Origin: Azolla caroliniana | Lineage: Eukaryota > Plantae > Polypodiophyta | DNA length: 64,000 nt | Assembly: GCA_043228905.1 (NCBI GenBank) | Contig: JBHGNT010000018.1 | Span: 2,170,001 to 2,234,000, forward strand | Direction: 5' to 3' | The notes under the pieces: generated by a model | Database searches by the model: none | Told to the model about the DNA's origin: nothing | Seen by the model: only the letters and a program-made list of their open reading frames with translations | Part shown: positions 40,686-52,418 of the stretch, piece by piece | Layout of the letters: each line of letters opens with the position of its first letter | How positions within the stretch are numbered: position 1 is the first letter of the stretch | Made by a program: the position numbers and the translations under genes

Positions 40686-42311
40686 TCAAGCAACCTCTTC
40701 AATTCGATCAAGCAACTCAGTATCCACAACTTGCATTACTTTGGTAGCAAAGCTACACCCCAAATCTAAGTCCCCAACCTTTGAGGCAAGCGCAAATAGC
40801 ACATGATTTGCATCATGACGAATTTGATATATTCCATCAAAAAATTCATGCAACGCATCAGTGACAATTTTAAGATTGTAATCATCTCGCGGAATAACAT
40901 TCATGACCAACACACCGCCAACATGCAATGCAATACGTGCCCCAAATAAAAATATTCTGGTCAAAAAGCTAGAATGGGGAGAGAGCAATCCAAGACATGC
41001 ATGTCCAGCATCAACATCAAGCACAATTACATGCACCCGAGCATCAACCTCATCATCTTCCCTTGAGCTATCCACACAAATGCATCCCCCTGTATCTACA
41101 TTCAATTGTCTCCATTTGTTTAGATCTTCCACTGTCAAAGTACCACTACCAATGACTCGCTTAGCAATGCCAACAACAACATCAACACCATCTTGAATTT
41201 TCACTTGTAGATGATCGTCTTCTTCTAATCCAAAATGTCGCCTAGCAAGATCAACAACAGTCTCATCTGTATCAACAGCCAACACATGAAATCCAAACTT
41301 CCTTTGTAAGAAGATTGGTAAGGCCCCTCCACCGAGCCCTATCGAGAGAACCCTAACCCTATTTCTGGATAATATACATGCCTCCAAGCTTGGAGAAGCA
41401 AGGATAAGACCAGCTATAATGGATGGAAGATACTTGTGGACAATTTCCGAGTGATCAGGTCTCACCTCAAGAGCTCTTTGAATAGAATGTGGATTATTTC
41501 TTTCAACTTTGACATCTTTGAGGCTACAATTTGGCTCCGGATTCCCATCTTTATAAACAATAATAGGAACCTCAGTTTGGATAAGGTTTGGCATGTTTCG
41601 GAACCGCATTCTTCTACGAAGAAGAATACGGTTTATTTGGACTCTGACATTGGATGACAGTATGGTCTCTTCATCAAGTTCTATGTCCTCAACAAGAATT
41701 TCACCAAGAGCAGGAGAATACTTTATTTCCACAACAGAACGATCTCGTACACCATCTTCATATGTCACAAAAGGATCACTGGGTGGGCCATCAGGAAAAC
41801 GCCTCCATGGAAAGAGACAATGCAAGAGGGGAAGAATTTCTTGCTTGAAACTCACACCGCAATCATTCTTGTCATTGGTATGACCATCAACATCATCCAT
41901 ATGAACGTTACTATCGCCACCATCACCATCATTGTCGATGTGACTATGACCATGGATATTCCCATTGTTGACAAGAACATCACCATTGCAATCATCAGCA
42001 TGACCACAGACATTATCGTCAATATCACCTTTAGGGTTTGTTCTGATAAGTATGACAAGCCGAAAGACAGATGCAGAGAAAAGGAGATCCCAAAGGCCAT
42101 TAGGGGTACAGAAGATCCAATCATCTTCTCGTCCTAGGGGAACCAGAATGGTAGCAAAAGGCGTGGAAGGGGCACAAAAGCCTGATGCAGGGGCATCCAA
42201 CACAGAAACAGAGAGCATAGAACCTCTGGGCAGAGATGGCCATGGAAGTTGCAGAGCCTTGCATCTTCTTGGATGAAGCTCCTCAAATTCAATCCTCCTG
42301 CTCTCAGTCAT
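40686..42311 (-). CDS. SAM-dependent methyltransferase, METTL13/eEF1A-KNMT C-terminal (spermidine-synthase-like) domain, plant type
   Basis: 541-aa ORF with VSVLDAP..A.ILVPLGREDDWIF, ILVEDIE, RRRMRFRNMPNLIQTE, VHKYLPSIIAGL, SAM motif LSIGLGGGALP.FL, VDTDE.V...A..HFGL, DG, VIVLDVD, GGVLVMNVIP. Confidence 0.88.
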   Translation of the reverse strand: MTESRRIEFEELHPRRCKALQLPWPSLPRGSMLSVSVLDAPASGFCAPSTPFATILVPLGREDDWIFCTPNGLWDLLFSASVFRLVILIRTNPKGDIDDNVCGHADDCNGDVLVNNGNIHGHSHIDNDGDGGDSNVHMDDVDGHTNDKNDCGVSFKQEILPLLHCLFPWRRFPDGPPSDPFVTYEDGVRDRSVVEIKYSPALGEILVEDIELDEETILSSNVRVQINRILLRRRMRFRNMPNLIQTEVPIIVYKDGNPEPNCSLKDVKVERNNPHSIQRALEVRPDHSEIVHKYLPSIIAGLILASPSLEACILSRNRVRVLSIGLGGGALPIFLQRKFGFHVLAVDTDETVVDLARRHFGLEEDDHLQVKIQDGVDVVVGIAKRVIGSGTLTVEDLNKWRQLNVDTGGCICVDSSREDDEVDARVHVIVLDVDAGHACLGLLSPHSSFLTRIFLFGARIALHVGGVLVMNVIPRDDYNLKIVTDALHEFFDGIYQIRHDANHVLFALASKVGDLDLGCSFATKVMQVVDTELLDRIEEVA

Positions 42312-42588
42312 CTGTGGAGAGAGAGAGAGAGAGAGTTATTTTATTAGTGAGAGATTTTAGTTACCTATATGTGCATATAATAGGGAGTTGAGTTCGATTC
42401 CTTTCTTATATACTACTGCCAAGAGCCATTATTACTGCAATCTGTTTTGATTACCCCATTAGGAAATCCTTCCGAGTTTCACACCATTCAGAAATCCTTC
42501 AATACAGTGAACCAGTAAGGTCTAAAGTTCAATACAAAGCACTTTTAAATTATAGATAAATGCAATGGTATACCATTTCATTTCCTTC

Positions 42589-43302
42589 CAGAAACACATC
42601 AGCTCATGATAAAACATGTGCCTTTCTTAGCAGGGGCATTGGTTTCTATATCTAAAGATATCACTGTTGAAGTCTGGGGAAAACTGTGGCTACTGGTCCA
42701 TTGGTTTTCCCCTTCCTCAAAAGGTCCTCTTGCATTAGTCCAAATTATTTTAGATGTAACAGGGAATAAAGAGAAAGAGAGAGGAAGCAATGAAAAATGA
42801 GTGAGGGCGAGAACAGAGAGAGAGAGAGAGAGAGCAATTTAAACATCAACATAACTCCACCAATCTGGTGCAATCATAGACATTATGAATTATTCAATGC
42901 GAGAATATGAGAATATGAACATAGAATGTGAGACTAAAGATCTTACAGAAACACATCAGCTCATGATAAAACATGTGCCTTTCTTAGCAGGGGCATTGGT
43001 TTCTATATCTAAAGATATCACTGTTGAAGTCTGGGGAAAACTGTGGCTACTGGTCCATTGGTTTTCCCCTTCCTCAAAAGGTCCTCTTGCATTAGTCCAA
43101 ATTATTTTAGATGTAACAGGGAATAAAGAGAAAGAGAGAGGAAGCAATGAAAAATGAGTGAGGGCGAGAACAGAGAGAGAGAGAGAGAGCAATTTAAACA
43201 TCAACATAACTCCACCAATCTGGTGCAATCATAGACATTATGAATTATTCAATGCGAGAATATGAGAATATGAACATAGAATGTGAGACTAAAGATCTTA
43301 CA
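42589..43302. repeat. Near-perfect tandem duplication, 357 bp x2
   Basis: CAGAAACACATCAGCTCATGATAAAAC... at 42589 and 42946; the ORF track shows the same peptide twice. Confidence 0.95.
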
Positions 43303-45075
43303 CTTTAGATCATATCATGCTCATGTTTCTCTCTTCTCTATAGGTAGAGAAAGAGAGATGTGAAAACGTGTAGTTAGGAGAGGTGCCAAGAGGCATGTAC
43401 CCCATCGACTCTCCCTCTATTTAATATATTTAGGTAGATCAATGTCCCACACGGAGTTTAAAACTGGCATTTCCTAGTGGTAAGCACCAACGAGACGCAA
43501 ATTCACAATTCCTTGATCAAGTAAGTTTGAGATGAGCTATTTGTGTAAGTTTTGGAGCTCTTGAGCAACAAAAGTGTCAGCAGCTAGCTTATTGCGCAAT
43601 TGATTGGCACAAACCCAGAATTTGTTAGCAACCAACATGACACAATCCAACTCTTTTTGAAGAGCAGCTTTCACTTGTAGATCCTCAATTATTCGCACCT
43701 CTAGTCAAGCTTCCGCGATGAACAAATGCTTCCTGCACAAGAGAGTGATATTGTTGTTCATAATGATGGATCACATGTCAAAAATGAACTTGATGTTTTA
43801 TCCATGTTTCCAGCATTTGAATTGCCTCAGAAAAAATGCTCATAGGATCCTGAAAATAGTAAGGTGAATGGTGGCCACGTGGATAGTAATAATGTGGAAG
43901 TAGGATTATATTTGACGTGGTATCACTAGTCTTCCTATGCCACAATGCACTATGGCAGGTGAACCTAAGGCGTAGATGCAATGTTCGGGAATAGTGCCAC
44001 CAAAGAAGATCCTTCTTATGTACTAGGCGTCTGCGCAGATATGGAACAGCAAGTATAATTGGAAATGAAGATGAGCAATGTTGAAGTGAAGCCAAAGCAT
44101 TGGGTGGAAAAGCAGATAGCAAAATTGCTGTGAATTTGAAACAGGCCCAAGGGTGAGCAGCAGAAAAGATTCACAGCAGCAGTAGAATTATTGATGGAAC
44201 AACTTGGAGATGGTGGCACTGTGGAAGCTGGCCTCTGGTGCTGCGGTAGATTATGGGAAACTTTGAAGAGGTCATGAAAATTTATTGTTGCTGCTATGCC
44301 CTGTGGAGCCTGCACAATCCCCAAATAGATACTTTGATTTACCACGACCTTCAGAGGGTGAATTCATTCATTCATATGGATGAATTTCGTCACACTCTAC
44401 AAGAAGATTTACCACGACCTTAGGAGGATGGTATGAAATCTTTCCATTTTGGAGAATCAAGTATGAGAGATAGAGGCTAAATTTGTTGATGAGGCAAAGC
44501 ATTGAGATGCTCAACTAGAGGCCCAAATAGTCAAGGACCGACAAGAGCATGTTGCTCTTCAAAAAGAGTTGGATCATGTAATGTTAGACGTTAACAAGTT
44601 CCACGTTCGTGTCGATCAATTGTGCAATAAGCTAGCTGCCCACACTTATGGTTCGACGTCAAGAGCTATAAAGCTTACACATATAGCTCATGTCAAACCT
44701 ACTTGATCAAGGAAAAGTAAATTCGGCTCTAATTGGTGCTTACCACTGGAAGAGAGAAAAAGGAGCATGATATGCGTAAGGCAATAGAATTATATATATG
44801 ATCTTTCATCTCACATTCTAAGTTCATATTCTCGTACTCTTGCATTGAATCATTCATCATGTCTATGATTGCACTAAATTGATGGAGTTATGTTGATGTA
44901 AAATTGTGCTCTCTCGATATTCTCACTCTCATGTTCTTTCTCTTCCTCTCTCTTTCTCATTATCCCCCATTCCAAATACTATAATTTGGATTAACCATCA
45001 AACATACGCAAGAGGACCTAATGAGAAAGGGAAAACCAATGGAACAGTAGCCACAGTTTTCCCTAGACTTCAACA
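43022..45075. repeat. Long imperfect inverted repeat (arms about 600 bp) upstream of the methyltransferase ATG
   Basis: 43022-43325 matches the reverse complement of about 44760-45075, and 43470-43730 matches that of about 44480-44750 (e.g. AGTGGTAAGCACCAA / TTGGTGCTTACCACT; CAACTCTTTTTGAAGAGCA / TGCTCTTCAAAAAGAGTTG). Confidence 0.85.
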
Positions 45076-46364
45076 ACCACCTTATGCACTTTGTTAAAAA
45101 TGTGATTTGCTCCATACACTTCAGGCATATTTTTAATCTTTTGGAGCTTATGCCTCCACAAATCAATCAACTCACTATTAGAGATGCAACTAGAGAACTT
45201 GCATATTCTATTACAACTTAATTGGAAACTTATTGATTACAACAATGTCTATCCTAATTTATTGCTTTTGTAAATAGATCTGTGATTAATGAGGTCATTT
45301 GTGCCGTAATACAGTGATTAGTGATGTAATAATGGCGACTAAACTCATGAACAGTGATGATATAGTTAGCACTAATCGTAAGGCTAAATATTATGAAAGG
45401 ACATGAATGCAACTTTCAAATGGCAAGTAAACATATAATAACACTTATTTTCTATTGGGGATAGCAGAAAACAAGAACTGGATTTCAGGATTGGAGGAAA
45501 GAGGCTAATGGGATACCAAACAATCGACATGAGGCACTCAAGAAGACACCACGCACTTTCTTCCTAAATTTCTAGGATGAAAAGATTACAATATTTTCCT
45601 ATTTCCATTTTATGGTGCCTCCAACTCCTGGACAAATGTCAGTCCAAAGAAACCTACACGCAATAAGAGAATCAAAACTATTCCTCTAACCTAAAAGCAA
45701 GAAATGCTTCTCAAAGCACATCATGCAAAGGCTGAGGTTGAGTAATAAGGACTTGAAATTGATACAAAATATATATGAAGTTAGACAATAAATGCTCAAG
45801 AGTAATACACAAAAATATCACCAGAAAGTCCTAGACATCTCTTCAAAGTTCTTGAAATTGATACAAAAAAACACGTTTCCCAAGTGAAGCACTGAAGACG
45901 AACTCAAAAAAAAACATCACGAGAGAGCCAAGATTTACAGCTAAAGACTCGAAATTAAGGACAACATCCTTCGCTTGAATGAATTAATACAAGAAAAGCT
46001 GAAGAACAACTCCAAGAAAACGCCAAAATGAGACCCTAAAGTTTCTGCAAAGGATTTACCTTGAAACTGACATAAAACACTCACAATCTTGAAACTTATA
46101 CCCAAAAATGTTTCTTGAATAAGGCTGAACAAAAACCCCTGCATAAGAAGAGCTCGAGAAGCAACACAAAATAGGCAAAGATTTTCAGATAACGACTTTA
46201 AATCGAAGAGAAAAGGCGGTTACTTGATTTACACAATAAACGATAAAGAAGAGCTCCAAAGAAATCAACAACGAGAAACCCTAGAGTTTCTGGAATGTAA
46301 ACAAAACTCGCATAGAATAGGAACAAAAGAAATAGTTAGAGAGAGGAAGAGAGAGACAGCTTAC

Positions 46365-46500
46365 TCCGATGATCTTGAAGAGTTCCTCCTGGTTGGGAGG
46401 CATGGAGGTCCCCATCGTTTGAGAGGAAGCGGGATCATGCGAGACGAGGCGACAGAAAACGGCGACTATGGAAGCTTCGCAGGACGGCGACGAAACCAAA
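46365..46500 (-). other. Probable first exon of the methyltransferase gene
   Basis: GC-richer segment following a (CT)n tract on the minus strand; donor GGA|GTAAG at 46364; telo-box AAACCCTA near 46276; an AG acceptor lies directly before the ATG at 42311. Confidence 0.55.
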
Positions 46501-47434
46501 TGCGTAGAGAGAGAGAGAGAGAGAGAGAGAAAGAAAGAAATATTAACGTCTTCTAGTTGTTTTGGGGGGATTCGAACTCATGACCTCCACTTGAGAAGAG
46601 GCGTTTGAGATAGACCTAAAGGAATTTTGAACAAATTACAAATAGAGAGGCCTATATCTGCAATTTGTTCAAATTTCCTTTGTTCTCTGTCTCTCTCTTT
46701 TCATGATTACCTTACTTACCCTAGTGCTAAGTTGTTATTACACCTACTATAGCACTATCTATGTCTTAGGTTCGAAACCAAATTTCCTCAACTCTCTATT
46801 ACTCAATTGATATATCCTCTTAATTTACTAGATGCCATCTTCTAGAATGTGGGTTGAACCCATTACCTCTTGGTCTCCATTGGGCAACCTTATTGATTTC
46901 ACACTATATTGATTATCTTTGAAACCATTATGGATATTCGACAAGAAACAAATCCATGCCTACTATTCTCCACTTTGTTTGAAGCAAAAGAAATATGTTC
47001 CATGGCATTCCTTTTTCGGCTTAAGGCAATAAAACTTTCAAGCATGCTGATAATTGATATATATCATTGATCATTGTTTGTGCAAGACTCGAAGATTGGA
47101 GAATCGTTGACAAGGTATATCGACATACCTAGACAAAAAATCACAACATTGACAACGAAGACCAACAACAATTGACCATGCGTCAAAAGTGGGAATCCTC
47201 GATTGACAAACATCGTGACATGGGCCAACAACAAGAATCCGCGATTGCCATTATGTGGGAATCATGGGTCTTCATTGAGAAAGATCGTGTTCTTCAATGT
47301 TTTCTTACTTCAATTGTCGTTTAAGAGGAGGCGAGGATACTTTAAGGGCCATTTTACAACGAATTACTCCAAATCTTTATTGTGCACGTCTTGCATGTAA
47401 TCAAAACCCAACCACAAGTAGGAAACCTTCGTAA

Positions 47435-48010
47435 GGAACGTATCTTCCTGTTACTTGCATCATAATGCCTACACCAAAGTAATCATAACGCTTACATGCA
47501 CATATAAGAAAGAGATGAGAAAATATATAATCACAAATCTGGATAAAGATGATAATAACCTTGTATTATTATATTCTATTATTACAAGTGTCCTCCCTTT
47601 GGGCGTCATTTTTATTGGCCTTGGCAAGTTGCTATATCATTGATATACCTGAAAATTAGTGGAATATTGTGTACTTTAAAGGTTTCATACTTTATTCATC
47701 GTGTAAGAGGAGACAAGGACCCCTTGAGAAACATTCTACATTGAACCCGAAACCTCAAAACTTTATTGTGCATTTGAACTTGCCCTCGAGGAGGAAACGT
47801 TCTTATTGTCTATAGCTTCACGTTACTTGCATCAAATGCCTACACAAAAGTAATCATAACATTACATGCAAATATACGAAAGAGACAAGAGAAGATCTAT
47901 TATATACACATTTTGGGATTAAGGTGATAATCACTTTCTATAATAAAAACCATGTTGTAATAGTTGTGAGCCATTCAACTGTCATTTTTATTAGTCTTGG
48001 TGAGTAACTA
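47435..48010. repeat. Diverged direct repeat, about 200 bp x2
   Basis: GTTACTTGCATCA.AATGCCTACAC.AAAGTAATCATAAC..TTACATGCA at about 47450 and about 47822. Confidence 0.75.
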
Positions 48011-48380
48011 TCTTCTGGTCTAGATTTCTTAAAATATTCATCGGTGCTTTGACCAATGCTCGCTAGCACCTTCAATTAATCATACAACTACTTAAACTTA
48101 TACAATTTTACACACTACAACCTCCTTGTTTTTTCACACCCACTAGCTATCCAATATCCACAAGTCATCGCCTCCCAAATAGCTCGCAAACGATTGATTA
48201 AGTTGTATGTGTACAAAAATAGTTCTCATCTCAAAATCCCCTATTCATTGGATTTAAAAAAACGTGTTATTAACCCTTCAAGGGCCTAAATGTAGGATAT
48301 AAGATTTTTGAAACCTACTATGGTTTAACTTGTATCAACCACTCACACCGCCCATGTGAAGTTGCAATCGGGGGTTCGTA

Positions 48381-49390
48381 GACAAATGGAAATTTGACCC
48401 TCCTAACCTTCATGCACCCTTGAGGCCCTATAGGCATCGAGGACCTACAGACCATGGATCCCAACCATTCGCACCCTTTGATGCAAGTTGCACCCGAGGG
48501 ATCGCGGACGACAGGAGACGTATGATGGATCAAGGATCTCAATGTCGAGACCGGGAGCCGAAAAAATACGTGGTGTCGAATGAGACCACTTATTCGACAA
48601 TGGAGTCAGATCGAACTAGAAAAGATCGACACATCGAAGGCATATGTCTGTCCAGACCCCTTGTCATGTATCACATCGTCATGAGAACCACTACAGATGT
48701 TGGGGGACAAATGGAAATTTGATTTGCCTAATGTTCATGCACCTAAGCATCAAGGATCAACAAACCATGGATCCCAACCAATAATGCGAGTTGCAATTGA
48801 GGGCTTGAGGATGACGAGAGACATATGATGGACTGGGAATCCCAATGTTGAGACCTGAGAACCAAAGCAATACATGGTGTCGAGCAAGACCATTGTCAGA
48901 CAATGGAGCTAGATCGGTCCAGAAAGGCTTGACACTCAAAGGCATCTGTCGGGGGTCGAACAAGACCACTTGTCGGAGAATGGAGCTGAACTGGACCAGA
49001 AAGGCTCGACATCAGTCGAGACCCCTTGTCGTGTATTATATCGTCACCAGAACCACCACAACTGCTTGCTTTTGAGCAGTAGTAATATAAACTCTAAGGG
49101 GTATAAAAAAGAAATCAAATGTGATTTCTTTCCCGATCATGGAGCTGGGTAGTAGGAGTAATGTAAACTGAAGGAGACCACTTGTTGGATAGTGAAGCGA
49201 GACCGGATCAGAAAGGCTGGACAAATCGAAGGCGTCTGTTTGTCTGTCCAGAACCCTTGTCCGTGTATCATCACATTGTCACCAGAACCACCATATCTAC
49301 ATACATATATGTATGTCTTTGCTTCTAACTTCTAAGTAGTAGTAGTAATGTAAACTGAAGGGGCTATAAAACAAATCAGATGGGATTTTA
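48381..49390. repeat. Degenerate tandem repeat block upstream of RPL36
   Basis: GACAAATGGAAATTTGA at 48381 and 48706; the submotif AGACCA.TT.T...A.AATGGAG...AGAAAGGCT.GACA..TCGA recurs about 4 times; the TATA-containing segment is duplicated. Confidence 0.75.
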
Positions 49391-49396
49391 GGGTTT
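49365..49396 (+). promoter_or_regulatory. TATA box and telo-box of RPL36
   Basis: TATAAAA 49365-49371 and TAGGGTTT 49389-49396, followed by a pyrimidine-rich leader; typical of plant ribosomal protein genes. Confidence 0.6.
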
Positions 49397-49476
49397 TCTT
49401 TTCTTGGAGGCTTTTGTTCTTTTTCCTTTCGCCTTCTGCTTTCCTCCACCAAAAGAACAGCTTCAAGTGGCTAGCG

Positions 49477-51052
49477 ATGGCGCCTTCTGCTCCGAAGAGT
49501 GGCATCGCCGCAGGCCTCAACAGAGGCCATGTCGTCACCAAGAGAGAGCTTCCTGCACGTCCTTCTGCATCCAAGGGGGTAACGAAAACTCCTCTTCTCT
49601 TCTTTTCCCCGTTCCTTTTTGTTATTCCTTTTTTTTTTTCACACCTCCGCGCTTTGCTTCGGTCTCAATTTGTGTGTTTCTGTTTAAAGATTTCGCCTTA
49701 TTTTATGCTATCTCTGCTCGTTTACATCCTCCGTTCCTCCAAGGAGCTTCGATTCTCTATTGTTTATTCTACGTTTCTCCGTCAGATTTTGTATGTTTCT
49801 AAATGGTTTTCACCCCGCATTTGCTTCCTTTCCTCAGTCTTATCTATCTGTCTTTCAGCTCACGGTTTGTCTTCATTTAAACGTCTAGAAACCACACTCT
49901 CTCAGTTTTGAGATTTGTGTTGTTCCGTTTCACGGTTGGTTAAGCTTCTCAATGCGAATCTTTCGCGGTCGTTTACGAGATGTTAGCTTCATAATTGTGC
50001 TAGTTTCTGAATTTGTTGCTTCGTTCATAATTTTGCGCCAGTTTCTCAAAATTAGTTCATTTTTCTCGTTCCTGCAAACAGAAGCTTGGAAAGAGAACTT
50101 CCTTTGTGAGGAAATTGATCCGTGAAGTAGTAGGATTTGCTCCCTATGAGAAGCGTATCACTGAGCTTCTCAAGGTTGGAAAGGACAAGAGAGCTCTCAA
50201 GGTAGCCAAGAGAAGGTTAGGGACACATCTTCGTGCTAAGAAGAAACGTGAGGAGATGTCGTCTGCACTACGCAAGATGAGGTATGCCATTCATCATCAC
50301 CCTTCAAGATTTGATTTTGATTTATTACAATGCATGCGTTTTTATGTCAAGTTTTTTGTCGTCTTCTTTATGCATGCATATCTATGGAAGTATCTGTTTT
50401 CTTCACTAGATGTGCATGTTTTCGTACAAAGTATGCACTCTCTTCAGTATGTGTACGTCTTTCATTGAATATTTTCATTCAATGTTTGCATTTTCTAGGG
50501 TAAACTCCTCATGGAAAGCAACACATTCTGTTCATTAATTGCACACATTCTTATAAATATGAATCTGTATGTTAATTGGAAAAAGAAATGCATAAATCTG
50601 TGGAGTCCTATTTCATTAGCGCTATGAAATTCTGAAAGTGGACATGTTTTTGTGGAGATTCCTTTGTTGTGATATGGATTGCACACATTCTAACTAGAAG
50701 ATATAAAAAGAGTGCTTATGGTCAAGTAACCTTTCATTTATCTGTTTGTGCTGTGTTAGCTGTCAACCGAAATGTTTTTGCTTCCACAATTTGCATTTGT
50801 TTTTATGAAATGACACATTTTTCCTTGTATTATGTTTTATCTTCACATTTTCATTGGTAGCCATGCGTTTGTCTAAATTCCAATGCACGTGGAAGGTTCA
50901 TGTACATATGAAATTGTATCTTCTAGTAGAAAGCCATTAGATTCGTGCTCTTTCATAATTAACACCACCTATTCTTTATATACTTTTTTTGTTTGAACTC
51001 ACCTTCTTGACCTTCCTGTAGGTCTGCTGGAGTTGCTGAGAAAAAGAAATAG
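49477..51052 (+). CDS. RPL36: 60S ribosomal protein L36 (eL36), 110 aa
   Basis: Exons 49477-49578, 50082-50281, 51022-51052; [58 protein letters not shown]. Confidence 0.97.
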
Positions 51053-52418
51053 AATGGATTTCTATCTAGTTAACACATTCTGTTTCATTATTGATGAGAA
51101 CTGTAGTACACATTTCAGCCTCTGTAATTCTGTTTAGTTTGATCATCTTAATGAGGATTTAACTTTTTTTGCTCAATACATGCATTCTCTTGTGTGAAGA
51201 TCCATTTCAAGCTTTGAAGTGTCCAGATTTTGTATTTATCATCTTAGTGAGATGACTTTAGTTTATGTCTATATTTGATAACCAAAGTATTTCCTTACTA
51301 AGACTGCAAATCTTAGAAGAACTTACCTAATATGTTTGGCTTATAGTCAATTGTAATGGATTGTGTATGGGAAATGTTAATTTGATGTCTCAATAGCCTA
51401 TTTTATGAAATTCTTCATCACATGGAAACGGTCAAGTTAAGGTTGAAGTGCCATTTTTTCGCCTCTTGTAGTGTTATTTTATGTCCACATCCTGAAACTT
51501 CAACGTCATGCTATCTTTCCTTGAATTACGTAGGAACAATGTCCAAATTTGTTGAATTATAGTATAATGTCCAGTACTTTTATGATTGTGATCTTAAGCT
51601 AGAATAGTACCTTGCTGGCGGGTCAAATGGATGAATTTGAAATGCTAGGAAGTTAAATCCACAACAATTATTGTAATCTCAGAGAGTTTGGTGTTATGCT
51701 TTTTTAATGCTGTTAACTAATAATGTTCTCAAAATTAAAATAAAGTCCTAGACTAAAGGACCTCAATGATGCCATTTAAAATTAAAAATTTAATCCTGGT
51801 AAATGTCAATCTGTAAGTGGTCTTTGAGAAATTGGATAATGCTACCTCATGGATGCAATGCATCTAATCAGTTGTAGATCTAGTGAAATAATTATAAAGG
51901 AAATATATATATCTGTGAAATGTGCTGCATATGTAGATTTTAGGTTCCCCCAACAAAAGCACACAATGCACCAATCAATGCCATCCCCATATTTCCTATA
52001 TGTAGTTGGGAAATACTCCTTCGAACTCTCTATTCTTTTGAAGAATGTGTATTAATTACAGTGAAATTCAATACAAGTGCAATGAACTTAGTTTGATGTT
52101 ACATCCCTTAGTGAAAAAGGTAGTGCAACTGATGGAAATCATCTGTAATGAATACTATAGTTTGATGTTACATCTCTTAGTTAAAAAGGGTAGTCCAACT
52201 GATGGAATCATCTTCTTCTATTAGAAATATCCAGTAAAATTAGCTTTTTAACTTTTGTTTGTTTAATGTTTAATGATTAATGTTGCTCAATTATCTTATC
52301 TTCTTGTATTAGCGATGTCCAGTAAAATTAACTTTTGCTTGGAAGCCATATATATATATTGAGGCATGAGCCTTTGCCAATCCATCACAGAGACAACTGA
52401 TTTTTTAAATGTTGATTT

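Noticed and set aside
46568-46600. GTTCGAATCC as a tRNA gene
   Set aside because: No cloverleaf, acceptor stem or A-box could be built; at most SINE-derived.
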